Shown: positions 50,030 to 62,700 of the stretch, piece after piece
Layout: each line of letters begins with the position of its first letter
Numbering within the stretch: the first letter of the stretch is position 1
Source: Spizellomyces punctatus DAOM BR117
Lineage: Eukaryota
Assembly (NCBI GenBank): GCA_000182565.2
Contig: KQ257460.1
Direction: 5' to 3' (one strand)
Length of the DNA stretch: 64,000 nt
Position numbers and translations under genes: made by a program
The notes under the pieces: generated by a model
Database searches by the model: none
Told to the model about the DNA's origin: nothing
What the model saw: only the letters and a program-made list of their open reading frames with translations

Positions 50030-51960
50030 ATGCCAATTGAGAGCACGATCCATGTTAAACACAATTTGGTCAGGTTGAGTTGTTCAAATTGGAGCTCAAG
50101 GTGGTTATTCCTCCTTAACGGGACTGGCTAAAGCGACGCGGCTGCTATATCCTATGAGGTGTCTGACCACTGTTACCTCCACCAATTCCATTTATTCTTC
50201 TGGGTCTCTGTTAGAATTTCACAAGAGAAGAATACACTTCAGATGATAGTATCTTTAACGAAGAATGCAAGATTTCTTGAGAGACTGTTTTCAGAAACAA
50301 GCATATCGAAGAATCAACTTTTGGTATTGGGCCTAGAACGGATCCGTAGCTCTCTGTCGAGTCGTTTATCCTACATCCGCACAATGCTCGTGAAAAAGAG
50401 GGATTCGGTCCGAGCGGCGACCATTGACCAGTTACGGTCTTAAATATGTGCCTCTTCAATTATTCACTGGTCTTCGTAGGCGGCTTCAAACATCGGCGTC
50501 GAGGATATCCTGAAATTCGCAGGGTAAGCTACTTTAAAAAGAAGAGCAAATGGAAGCAGGCGGTATTGCTGGATGTGTTGGACCAGGTCCTATGTAAAGG
50601 ACTTCACTTACTTCAACCCCAGACTGTGTCACTTTGATCCTCACTTTCAACCTGGTGCTCTATACGGACAACAAGAGGAGCATGCCTGTCCGATGATGGT
50701 CTACTCCAAGGACGAGTTCGTATTTCAGACAACGGACGATACGATGACAATGTATCTGCAACAGAGGGACAAAGTACCTAAATTGCACTCGATTCGAGTA
50801 CCATGAAGAATATCATTCAAACCTATCTTTCGGATTGCTGCCTTCGCCAACACTAACATGGTCGCAAATATATACAAAGTAGTGGGTTGCTCAAGGCGCT
50901 GGTCTACGATGAAACTCTTTATCATCAACGAGATCTCAATGGAACCAGTATCCGCTTCTAAACACGCTGGTCTGTTATCACCGCCGATATCCTGTACAAC
51001 GTTTTTTGCTTCCAGAAATCGGCAGCTCCCGCGTGTAGTAGAGGTGAAATACGAGTATACCAATTTGAAAACCGAAAAAAGGTCTCTTGTGCTACAATCA
51101 CATATCGTTGATGAAAACGCCTCCCTACGAGAAGGAACAGGATGCTCGACTACGTGTACCAGTGCCCCGGTGGCCTGAGTGAACACGGAGGACCGTATTA
51201 TATATGTTATGCATATGGATCTGAAGAGAGTGCATGCCCGTAAGATGCTGGGGCTGGACGCAAGAGGAGGGAGTCTGGGTGGTTCGACGTGCTCCAGAAA
51301 AATTCAAAGAAACGGATATAACCCCTTCAAAGTCTGGTATGCTGCATGCGGATGAACCAGAGGAGCTGGATGTGAAGTCTCAGGTTATCTAGCTGAGCAA
51401 GGATCTACCGGTGATGTTCATTAAGCAAGCTACAAAGCTCAGTAGCCTGATACTTATCGAATAGACTGCTACGACTTGGACGACGCGCATCTGCGAAGTT
51501 GGCATTTTGCAGCGATTGTTGTCGAAGACGCCACGACAACGATCTGCCAGGACCTTTTTTCAGACGAGGTTCCCACCTTCACACCCCATTCGTCCTCAAA
51601 ATCCACGCCTCAAAGCTCTACCACTCAAGGCGCCTTCACGGTGCTTCAACCCCAAGTATATCTCTGATCGTCGCAGTATCGCATTGGAAAGATACGATAT
51701 ACACATTGAAATTTGGAAACATCCTCCTTTGGAAAAGGTTGAATTAGTGAACCAGCTGCAAAAGGACGTAGGAGACCTATTTGGAACTGCATCACATGGG
51801 TTCGTGCCCTGCGTGTGGGATTCAATTGGGTTGACTACAGGCTCGATCATGATATATATCACACCAATGACAAGAAGATGTGAGGGTAGATTCTTTGAAT
51901 AGAAATATGGCAATGCCAGCAACTTATGGAGCCGTGAACGTCCCGGGTGGACCGTAGGAT
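50030..51960 (+). pseudogene. Possible decayed coding sequence of unknown family
   Basis: About 2 kb without a recognisable gene in an otherwise tightly packed region. Several short, protein-like + strand ORF fragments are broken by stops and frame changes. Confidence 0.3.
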
Positions 51961-52507
51961 CAAAAGATAAGATGGGTACCGTGTTCTTTAGCCTTCACAG
52001 GTTTACCGTACTTTGACTACTGGGCTTACAATTATGGGCCTATCGACACTCGTATCCACATAGAACTATTGTGATTGTGAATTCTCTTTTGTAATTTTCC
52101 TCAAAAGATGAGATTCCAGCCATGATGCTCTATCGCTACCTAAGATCCTACAGTGGGTCCAACGGTGGGTGCAAGGCAGATGTCAGCTTCAGAAGCTTAG
52201 TAGCATCACGTGGCAATTGAGCACCACGATGCTCGAGAAGACCCAGCGATGAGCGATGACCGTCCTCAACAATATCGTTCATTCATTCCCGTGTTTCTAA
52301 AAAGGTACTTTCAAATGTTTCTCCATCCATCCATCCATACAGATTGCGGAAAGGAGGATTGTGTGATGGTTCTGGTTTTCCCTGGGTCCTTTACGAGGAT
52401 GGTATTCGATGGATGGATGACATGAAATGACCATGGGCATGCACGAATGATGAACTAAATTATGACCCATTTGCGATTACTAGGGTAAAGCCTGATTATC
52501 GGGAGCA

Positions 52508-52980
52508 ATGGTAGGTTCCAAAAACAATGCTTGCCGTTGGTTGATCTTTCATGCTCACCCAGTTCTTTATGTTAGGCCAAGTCAAAGGTTCGTAACAGTT
52601 CGGTTGGTGGGCCAGGGCGATTTAGGCGGGGATAGATGCTCTGTTGAGAGATCGGGTGTTATGCCTCATAGATTCGAAAGGATGGAGAAGGCTATGCCAG
52701 CCCAGGAAATGGAATCGAAGGACGATCTGCTAATGTTCTGTTCGCCTACAGAACCACACCAACCACAACCAGAACCGTAAGGCTCACCGCAACGGTATCA
52801 AGAAGCCAAAGGCCAACCGTCACCCTTCCCTCCGAGGAGTTGACCCCAAGTTCCTTCGCAACCAGCGGTTTGCAAAGAAGGGCAGCCTTGGTAAGATATA
52901 GGGGTTCGATTGGCGAGAAGGACGATTGGCTGTACTAAAGTATTCGTTCGTTTGCAGCCGCATTGAAAAAGCAGGAATAA
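52508..52980 (+). CDS. RPL29: 60S ribosomal protein eL29
   Basis: Spliced reading [58 protein letters not shown]. Missed by the ORF track because of micro-exons. An alternative ATG|GT lies at 52399. Confidence 0.92.
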
Positions 52981-53236
52981 GTAGAAATTGTGTGTGATTG
53001 GTGATAATACACGAAAATCCGCTTCCAGAAGGAATGAACTCCTGGACCTGCTGAAATTGACATTTGACCATACCACTGTTGGCTGTTCATCCTCGTCCAA
53101 AGAACGAAACTGTGAGAGGCGAAGTCCCAATACCACCGCAGAACTAGTATTCCTTTTGACCATACAGACACTTTCCATTATTGTCCTTATTCGTTGTCAT
53201 TATACTCTTATACCAAAATACTAGGGTAAGACAGGT

Positions 53237-54020
53237 CTACTGAGCCAAGATTCCCGCGCCTGTTGGAGGTGCTGCCCTATTTTCATTCGTCAGCGTTTTA
53301 ATCAACTCTTCCAGCGGCGCCAACTCCTTCTTATCAATTAAAGCAAACTCCTGCACAAAAAACACAAAATGCTTGAAGCTGGTATTCAGATGCGCTTCTT
53401 CTCCCAAAGCCACAATCTTCGGAAAGTGTGCATGATATATGTGCGCATATACTCGGAACAGTCGTTTAAAGATGTTTTTGACAATTGACGGGAAACTTTT
53501 CGGAAACGGTACACCAATTTTCGAAGGGAATATGGCTTCATCGTCCAGTTGGGCTTGCACCCATGTCATCAGGTAATCAACATATTCGGGAGCAGAGACT
53601 TTAACTGGCTTTTTGAACTGCACGCCGTCGCACCAGTGATATTCGTACTTTGGACCAGCAGACATAACGGGGCATTCGGATGGCGTACAGAACTCCGTGA
53701 TTGTCCCGTATAGCATGTTAATTTGGTTGAAGAAGTCAACCGTGTTGACTGCAAGCCACTCGTTCAAGTCTTCACCCTCTGGAAGAGCAACGGCGAGTCG
53801 AAGATTTCCGGAGCCAAGCGTCGCCTCTGCATACTTCTTCAATTGATATTGTTTTGTGCCTTCGGGTATGTTCCGCTTGGGTTTAAACGTTTTGTTCTGA
53901 TTGGAAGAAATATCGTGAAAACACGTTCTCCTGGACAAGTGCCTCAAAACTGCATACGAGAAAGCCCTCTGCCAATCACCAGGCTCAGAAGCCTACCCCT
54001 TTTAGTCCAAAGAAGCTCAT
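53237..54020 (-). CDS. MOB1: MOB kinase activator 1
   Basis: MSFFGLKG|NKTFKPK...ATLGSGNLRLAVALPEGEDLNEWLAVNTVDFFNQINMLYGTITEFCT...KRLFRVYAHIY. Confidence 0.96.
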
Positions 54021-54659
54021 TGCACTTGTATGTGTGGGGAAGTTGGCACGTAAAGCAAATCGTAAGCCCTCAAATTAAGCTCGTACACGTATGAAAAGGT
54101 ATGCAAGTAATCAGAATTCAATCAAACAAGGAGAATTGAGTAATAGAAAGCCAGAAGTTCGTGCTAACAATATTCGTGCGTTCCAAAACCTCAGGATGTC
54201 GGCGATTGCCCAAATGCCCCCACTGTTGACTTCTAGACGCTGGTAGCTGCTTACGCTCCAATACCAAGCCACGAAGTTGTGGCTGGTGTCTCTCGGTCAA
54301 CGTATCGAGTCTGTCGTCGGAGACTTCGTGAGCGAATCTACCCACCGCCCACTTTGCCAAAGTTCCCACTATCCGCCGCTTGTACATATATTCTAAACCG
54401 GCGTTAGAGGCTGTTGATATCTGTCCTTCCTTATCTGCTGCGCTCGTGGAAAGGTGTCCAGAGATCTGCCCTGTCACGAAAAGGGCATTTGGTCGCGGAA
54501 CAGGATCACTTTGCTATCTTACACGTATGCTTTATAACTTTGGTTGGATATCCGGTTCTTGAAATTGAGCTTCCAATAATTTCCTGTTGCAACATTGCCG
54601 TAGTGATTGACCTGAAAGTCTCAAGTGAACGTTTATCTGCGCATGGGGATTTTCTAATA

Positions 54660-57600
54660 ATGGTGGTGGACCCCATGCAACATAAAACGGAAACCGTAAT
54701 AGAGTCTTGGTCGATGGTCAAAAAAGAGCATGTAGTGAAGGAAGAGCGATTATCTTGGCACCTGACGGGGTCTCCAGAAGAGCACAGATCGGTGGTTATT
54801 GAGGCAGAGCCTGTGCCGACCCCGCCCACGCTTGCGGATGGTGACGTGAAAGACCCTCCCGCACCCATATCCTGTGATAAGCCAACCTGCTCCACGCCGG
54901 AAGTTGCAGAGAAGGTTAGCAAAACGTACACGCATATCCTTTCCAATGAGTTCAAGGGAGGGGCGAACGGGAAGACTCCCAGTGATGAATATATGATCTG
55001 CGATTGTCGATATGTACCAGGTACGTGCAAGCTATGCATCAGTATCTGTGTCGTTTGGCTTTGGGTCGTATGTCCAGACATTAATGTGCTCAATAATGCC
55101 AGGCCAAAATATGCGACATCAGGCCTGCGGGGAAGAGTCGAACTGTATAAACAAGGAGCTTTTTATAGAGTGTATGGGAGAAACATGCCCCGCCGGGCAA
55201 TATTGTCAGAACCGAAGGTTGGTACGGAAAGTCGAATTCTACGGATAGTACGACGCCTTAGCGGTATTTTCAGATTCCAAAACCGACATTACGCGCCCAT
55301 CGAAATCTTTGAAACTGAGAAGAAGGGCTTCGGCCTTCGGGCTACGGCGCCTATTCGCGGGTATGTGCAAGCAGCATCGATAAGGTAATACCGCAGGTCA
55401 TCTTTGACTAAATCACTGTTTTGTAGAGGCTCCTTCATAATAGAGTACTGCGGAGAAGTCATCACTGGTGCAATGTTTAAGAAAAGGATCCAAGAATATG
55501 ATAAACAGGGGCGAAAGCATTTTTATTTCATGAGCCTGAAGGCAAATGAGGTACGTCGGTGCATTCACAAAGATCAGATATAATAGATCACGTCATCTGA
55601 CGCTTGGTCCGCAGTTTATCGATGCCTCAAAGAAAGGCAATATGTCTCGTTTCATGAATCATAGCTGCTCCCCAAATTGTGCGTTACATAAATGGGTGGT
55701 GGGATCAAACTGGAGAATAGGAATCTTCGCTCTACGTGACCTTGACGTGGGTGAAGAATTGTCATTTGACTATAAGTTCGAACGTTATGGGTAAGGCAAT
55801 TGGGCCATACAAAGTTGGCTTCTTTTTACCTAATGCGCTTTTGGATTGCAGTGCAAAGGCGCAGGAATGCTTTTGTGGCTCCGCCAATTGCAAAGGCTAC
55901 ATCGGGGGAAAGCAAGCAGAGATTGTCATGAATTCCGATGACGGTAGGGTTGTTGCATCGTCCAATGTTCAGAGCCTTCTAGTTACTCAGCGGTACTTTT
56001 GCTTGCGATGCAGAAGGAGATAGTGATATGGAAAACTCAGAAACAGACAAGCCACGTGCTACTCGTCGACGTAAACGAGGTGGCGAGGACAGCGACTATG
56101 AAGGGGAGGCGGTTAGGCAGGTTGGTAATGAAGAAGGAGCATGCTGACACTGTACGAGAGCATAAACATTGTGCTTTGCAGGAGGCAGAATGTCTACATA
56201 ATGCAGAAGATGTTCAGGTTGTCACACGATCCTTGTTTCGCCATGCGGCCAAACCAAAGAGAATTATGCGGCTTCTTAGCAAAATCGAGGTGTGTTGGTT
56301 AGCACTGCCTGTGGTATTCGTATATTGAAAAGATAATAACTTCCCAATTGGATAGAACACGAACGCGCTTCCTTTGCAGCGGCGCTTTATCTGGGGACAT
56401 GGGCTCTCCGTTCTCAAAATGTGTCTTCGCGAATACACAGGGAAAAATGCCGCAATTTGTTTACAGGTTAGATCGGGGACACAGTGTACAGCTATTGTTT
56501 GCAACATTACTAATAGGCTTTTCTTTGGACCAGGTGTTACGTATATTGCGCATGCTTCCTATCGCATCTAAGAATACCGCTGAGAAAGTCGAGGATTGTG
56601 TAGTCAAGCTAGCAGAGCTACCCGATTTGGAGATATCTACGATTGCCAAAGAGGTAAAGTGATCGTCAGCTGTCGTGTTTCTGAAGTGCCACGCGAATAC
56701 TAAATCTTTTCGCAGCTTGTTGAGAGTTGGTCCACATTGCAAAGTGTCTACAAAATCCCAAAACGAATTCCTCCGGTAAGTGAAAAACAAGCTTTGCCAT
56801 ATTGTTCCTTATAGTAAAAAATGCTTTGGACAGCCCCCAGACAGCGATGCACCAAAGGAGGCCACCGGTCAAGACTCTCCATCTCAAAATGGTGGATCTA
56901 AACGCTCCTACGATGAACCTGATGGGGATAGAGTTGAATCGTATTCGCCGCGGTCAAAGCGCTCCAGAAGTGATGACCGCGAGGGAGAGCGTCGATATTC
57001 TAGTTCCGATAGTCGGAATCGGCATGATATGTACCGACCTTCCTATTTTGCATCTCGGGCGTACCCACCGGAATACGCCGACTATGAAACACGGTCACCG
57101 TGGTCGCGTCGTGGATCAGGAAATAATGATAGCGATTACTCTGGTCAGCGACCGTACCCTCGCTCAGCTGTTCCTTCCCATAATTCGTCGGTATCTGGCA
57201 GCCCTCGATATGGACACGCGCCATATCCGGATCACAGGACCACATACTCCAGCGAGCATGAGCACACCCCCAGGCGTCCGTCGCAAGCAGATCGCCCGCT
57301 ACCGCTAGGATGGAAAGCGACACGTACGGAGGATGGTGCCGTTTACTATTATAATGTTAATACACGGGAAGCGCAGTGGGAGTTTCCTTCCGAGTCCGGT
57401 GAACCCGCTAATGATGAGCGCGCGACGTTACCCTCGATGTTACCTGGGGTATCGGAATCCGCAATCAGGGCGGTTGTGGAAGAAGCCAACGCGGTGCAGT
57501 CGTCACCAGAAAAGCCGTCACCTCACAAGGAGAAACGGGTTAGCCACCCAACATCAAGTACGTCAGATTTTCCGAAGAAGCTCAAAGTAGAGGTAAGTCT

Positions 57601-57992
57601 TGAGTGCCGCGCACAATTACATTCATAGACTGAAGTTCACAGTACTACTTTCAGATCGGTAATTTTGTCGTCAAGCAGATGTCAAAATACAAAATTCCGT
57701 CCGAAAAATTCAAGGATTTGGCACGAGCTGTAGGGGTCATGATGCTACTTGCAGCACGCGCCTATTTTGCTGAACCTTGACTATTTCTTAGGTAACAAAG
57801 GCATTAGTCGACAAAGAGCGAAGAACGCATAGCTTGAACGACAATAGTGAGCTTTCGGAGCATAAGAAGAGTAAAATCAAGATTTATGTGAAGGAGTACT
57901 GCAAGCGGAACGGTTACTTACCAAAGTTACAGGGGGGACCTAGCCCCGCAACGACTGGGCGTGGCAACGGCAATGATAATATACGATCGTAA
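54660..57992 (+). CDS. SET2: Histone H3K36 methyltransferase Set2 (AWS, SET, post-SET, WW, SRI)
   Basis: [10 protein letters not shown]...[53 protein letters not shown] domain LPLGWK...[27 protein letters not shown]. Confidence 0.93.
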
Positions 57993-58302
57993 AGCGGAGC
58001 GATGTGTACATAACCAACACAATAATGATTTATGGAACTTGGACAACAGTGGAAAGTAAAAGATGAGATGATGAGTTTGATGTGATCTTTGGTGCGCCCG
58101 CCGTTTGAGGAACCTGCGAAAAGCGCCTGAGCCCGTCTTCCAAAGCGCTGTCGTCGATGTCTTACGTGAGCGTGTGGCGCTTGTGGCGTCGGAAGATGAC
58201 GCGAGTTGTGGCGCAGACCCATCCTCCAGATTTGTCCCTAGGTTCCCGACGGTCCAGTAATTCTTTGGGACATACCGGCAACAATCGAGAACAGTCCCGG
58301 CC

Positions 58303-59601
58303 ATGCACAGAGCTTTAAGACATATATTGGCGGCACAACGCCTGCGCCCGTTTAGTCGGAACTATTCTGTTGTGGGCACCGATGCGACGGTGGTTCGTGG
58401 CCTCGTGGGCGCGATTGGGAACACGCCGTTAATCCGCCTCAATAAACTTAGTGAACAGACGGGTTGCGACATACTGGGAAAAGCTGAATGGATGAACCCT
58501 GGTTGGTGAACCTCAGCCAAAACGATGATTTGCCCGTCTACTAGTGCTAAACTCAGGCGAATGTCTGCAGGGGGATCTGTCAAGGATCGTGCAGCTTTGT
58601 ACGTTGTAAAGAACGCCGAAGAACTGGGGCAACTGAAACCAGGAGGAACTGTGGTAGAAGGGACCGCAGGAAATACAGGAATTGGGTTGGCACACGTTTG
58701 CCGGTCAAAGGGATATAATCTCGTAATGTGAGTGAAAAGTTTTCATTACTCGTATGCTCCTTTGCTAACACCTAGCCTAAATTCCAGATACATGCCCAAC
58801 ACACAAAGTCAGGAAAAGATTGATCTTCTACGGATGCTTGGTGCCGATGTTCGGCCAGTTCCTGCTGTACCTTTTACCGACCCTGCCAACTACAATCACC
58901 AAGCCAAAGCATTTGCAGAGTCCCTTCCCAATGCTGTGTGGACAAATCAATTTGATAATGTACGAAACATGAAGTCTTGTCGCATTGATCCTTGCAAATG
59001 ACTAAGAATGAATTTTAATATATAGGTCGCGAATCGGCAAGCGCACATCGAGACCACTGGACCCGAGATTTGGCGTCAAACTGGCGGCAAGCTGGATGGT
59101 TTCGTATGTGCCACAGGAACCGGTGGCACATTAGCTGGTACAGCAAGATATCTGAAAGAAAAGTCAGATGGCCAGGTGAAGGTGTTTATTGCTGACCCGC
59201 CAGGCTCCGTATTGTACGCATATAAAAAAGAGGGCCAGCTGACGCGCACGGGCGACTCTTCCATTACGGAGGGAATCGGCCAAGGTCGTCTTACGGACAA
59301 TCTGGCTCCTGACTGGAAACTGATTGATGATGCTGTGCATATCCCAGACGCGGAGACGATCGAGATGGTGTATCGTCTATTGGACGAGGAAGGCATCTTC
59401 ATTGGTGCTAGCTCGGCATTGAACGTTGTGGCAGCGACAAAGATGGCCCAGCAACTAGGACCTGGTAAACGAATCGCCACTATGATCTGCGACGGCGCCG
59501 CCAGGTATCAATCACGATTGTTCAGCAAGGCGTGGTTGGAGAGCAAGGGCTTGTTAGATGCAATTCCCCAACATTTACATAAATACATTCTCTTAGCATA
59601 G
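58303..59601 (+). CDS. Cysteine synthase (O-acetylserine sulfhydrylase, PLP-dependent), probably mitochondrial
   Basis: [25 protein letters not shown] (PLP lysine), [28 protein letters not shown]; Arg-rich presequence. Confidence 0.95.
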
Positions 59602-59712
59602 GGCGTATTTGTAGCGTAGTAAAACAAATCAATATCTTTAGAAGCATCTCCATCCATTCTACAGGTAAAAAAATATACATATAGCGTATTTACACATTAT
59701 ACAATTAGTGCA

Positions 59713-62700
59713 TCAAAGTCGCGCCATATAAGAGACATCCATCTGGCAAAGCTTATGCGGATTAACGGCATTGGATATCAAGTCTAGAATGGTTTGATTT
59801 GCCGGCTCACACCGCTCGATGCCCTGAAAGATGGGATATTAATCAGCATATGGGAATAACAAGGAGCTAACGTTTTTGCCCTACCCGCTCTCTTTCTGCT
59901 CTGCACGCGATGCCGTGAGTCCGCTTCAGAACAAGGTCTACATTTTGCGTAACAAATTCCCTGAGTTGCGCCTCCTGTAATGGTGGCTTGCGAGCAATGT
60001 TTTGCCACGTTACTAATTCGTCACGGACAAAGATACTGAGATAGTCTTCTAGTTCATACTACATATAATCGTTTGGTGAGTTCCTCATGCATTTCCTCTG
60101 TCTTCCACGCTGCGATACATACATCTGGTTCTGTCAATGCACGTCCGATAGCTTGAAGGGAAGATGCAAAGACGCCTTCCACGCCAATGGGCGTTAGGAA
60201 CGTTTGTATGTTGGGTGTAAACCGGAACGGTACCGGCTCCCCATTTGAAAACAAATATGTGGTAGTAGACAAACCTTACAAAACCACGTTAGGACGCTTT
60301 GTCACCACGCAGCGAAAAGTGAAACCGATGACTCACTTGGTAACAGGTCCGATGCCCATATGCTGCCAGAACGACGAGAGATGTGGAACTTGTGAGGTGT
60401 TCTCTGTCCAACGCTCATCACATGCGTCATGAACGTCACCGCTGCCAATGACTGGGTAAAGTGCTTTCGCATGGTCCACAACTCTCCATATGATGCCAGG
60501 CTCTTCGTGATGAACTAGTACACAGAGGGGTTTTAATGAGGCAATGTCAGAGGGTGCACATGAGAATGATATCACCTTTGTCAAGATATTGTCCGGCATG
60601 AACTTCGATGCAATGTCCTCCAAAAGTTCAGCTTTCAAATTTAGCATCTCAACTTTATCCAGTTTCTTGATACAGCCAAGATTAGCTACTATGTCCGGTG
60701 ACCTGAACACGGCGAAATACTCACCCCGCGCTTAGCAAACTCCTCAGAAGCATATACGTCACGCATGCGATTGATGTAAAACATAATCGGGTCATCCTTG
60801 TGCTGTCCTTTCTGGGCACAATAATCTTCCCAAATTTCTTGCAACGTGATGTAACTAGGATCATCCTGCACCAGTCGGACAGTAGGTGCAAGCGGTACGA
60901 TAATGGGAAGGTGGAAGGAGAGATTTCGTCGTCGACTTTCTCTCCGTCGTTCCATGACGCTGTTGAGAATGCGGAAGAGCTGGATGATCCGTTCCTCCCG
61001 ACGGCAATGTCTTGCAGCCGGATGCTGGACGCTGAACGGATGGAAAGTTCCATCGTGACCCCGAATCGTAAAGCGGCGGTGACAGGCAAGGTAGCCACGT
61101 ATCAAATCGACCTCCGGTTCAAAACGGTCGATGCGCACAAAGTCTTTGTTATTGTCCTTCATCAAGAAGTACTGTCCAGGTACTTCAATGTCCTCAAATT
61201 TCTGATATTCGAATTCTACAAGCCAGTGACTGAAGTGCTCGAGATGTTGTCGCCGTGGGCGGCTGTCAAGCAAGATTTCCAACTTGTCCCGCCACTCTCT
61301 AAACCGCTCTACAAGCTGTGCAAGGTTCGGCTTACTCTTAATGAAATCTTGTTCAAATGCCGCCTTGTATTTGATGTGATTCGGGTACATGCTTTCAGCA
61401 AATCGCAACAGATTCACCTCCGTAGCGGGAGACAAAGCTCCCCCTTGATCTCCTGCATCGCGAGAAAGTTGCTGCAAAAACATCTGAACACCGTCATTGA
61501 GCAGGGCTACTATTAACCGATAAATGTCCTCGTCAGTGGTCGGTTTTAATCTTTGCATTATCTGGTCCAACATCGTTTCCATAGACAGGGCAAGAAGTGG
61601 GAATGCAGTCTTGACAACGGCATTGACTTCCTCGAGATGCTCCCAGGGCGTGTACCTTCGCTGGGTTACGGCGGAAGTTCCATTAGTGGCCTGCGCGGAT
61701 GCCGCATCACCTTGTTGTGGCCCCTGGGGTTCAGTATTGGTTGGAGTCTGAGGAGGCTGATCCGGTTGGCGGGGTGCACCAGCAGATGTGGTGGATGCTG
61801 CCTGCTTTTTTGATATCAAGTAATCATCGCGTGCCGTCCGCAACTGGAAATAGAGAGCCTACAGAAATGAGAGCAAGTGAGCACATTACAATATTCAGTA
61901 GATTTTATGCCTTGAGCATAGGATATCATACCTGCGGGTACTGCTTCGCAATCTTCTTGAGTATCTCCTTTGCTTGGGAAGCTTCTTTGTTCGACAGGGC
62001 AGCCAGAAGTTGTGGTATAAATGTAATCCAATACCAGATCGGAACATCACCCTTGTACTCGTCGAACGCGTTGGCAATTGTATTCTCATTATCATCCAAG
62101 CTCAATAGCCATAATATCCGTGCCAAGAACTTTCGTGAGCGGGCATTCTGATAGATACCGGCAGCCTGCAAGTAGCAGTTCATAGCCCCAGCACCATATT
62201 TGATCTCCGTAGGTCGTTCTTTGAACATACGATCGTTATACTGGGCAAAAGCTGCCCAACCTTTCGCTAATGTCGTCTCAAGTTGAATAGAGGAAGAGAA
62301 CGCTTTTTCTGCATCGTCATGAAGGTTCAATTTTGCAAAGAAGATGCCCTTTAAGGCAAAGAATTCTGCCTTTTGCTGGGGATTGAAGTAGAGCAGATTC
62401 GTATTGTTGATCACATCAAGACCGGTAGCGTAATCAGTGGCATTCACGAAATAGCTTTTAGCTTGCTCGCGCAATTTGAAGAACGCCTCATGAATCTCAA
62501 TGTTTGGCAGTGTGTAAATTTTGCTCAGCGAGTCGTTGCAGACATCGATCAACTGATGTTTCCGCGCGACGTGAGCGAATCGGTTGATGGTCCATGCCGT
62601 TTCATGGTATCCGCGAAACGCCACAGAGCTCGGATTATCTCTCACACCGTTCCCATTGTGTTGCACATTAAGCTGAGGAATCAGTGGAAGGTATGCCTTG

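Noticed and set aside
52447-52495. Box C/D snoRNA (ATGATGA...CTGA) with TAGGGTAAAGC resembling an antisense to LSU rRNA GUUUUACCCUA
   Set aside because: It is only ~49 nt with no terminal stem, and the D box probably falls in an exon if the acceptor is at 52483. Worth revisiting only if the true start is the ATG at 52399.
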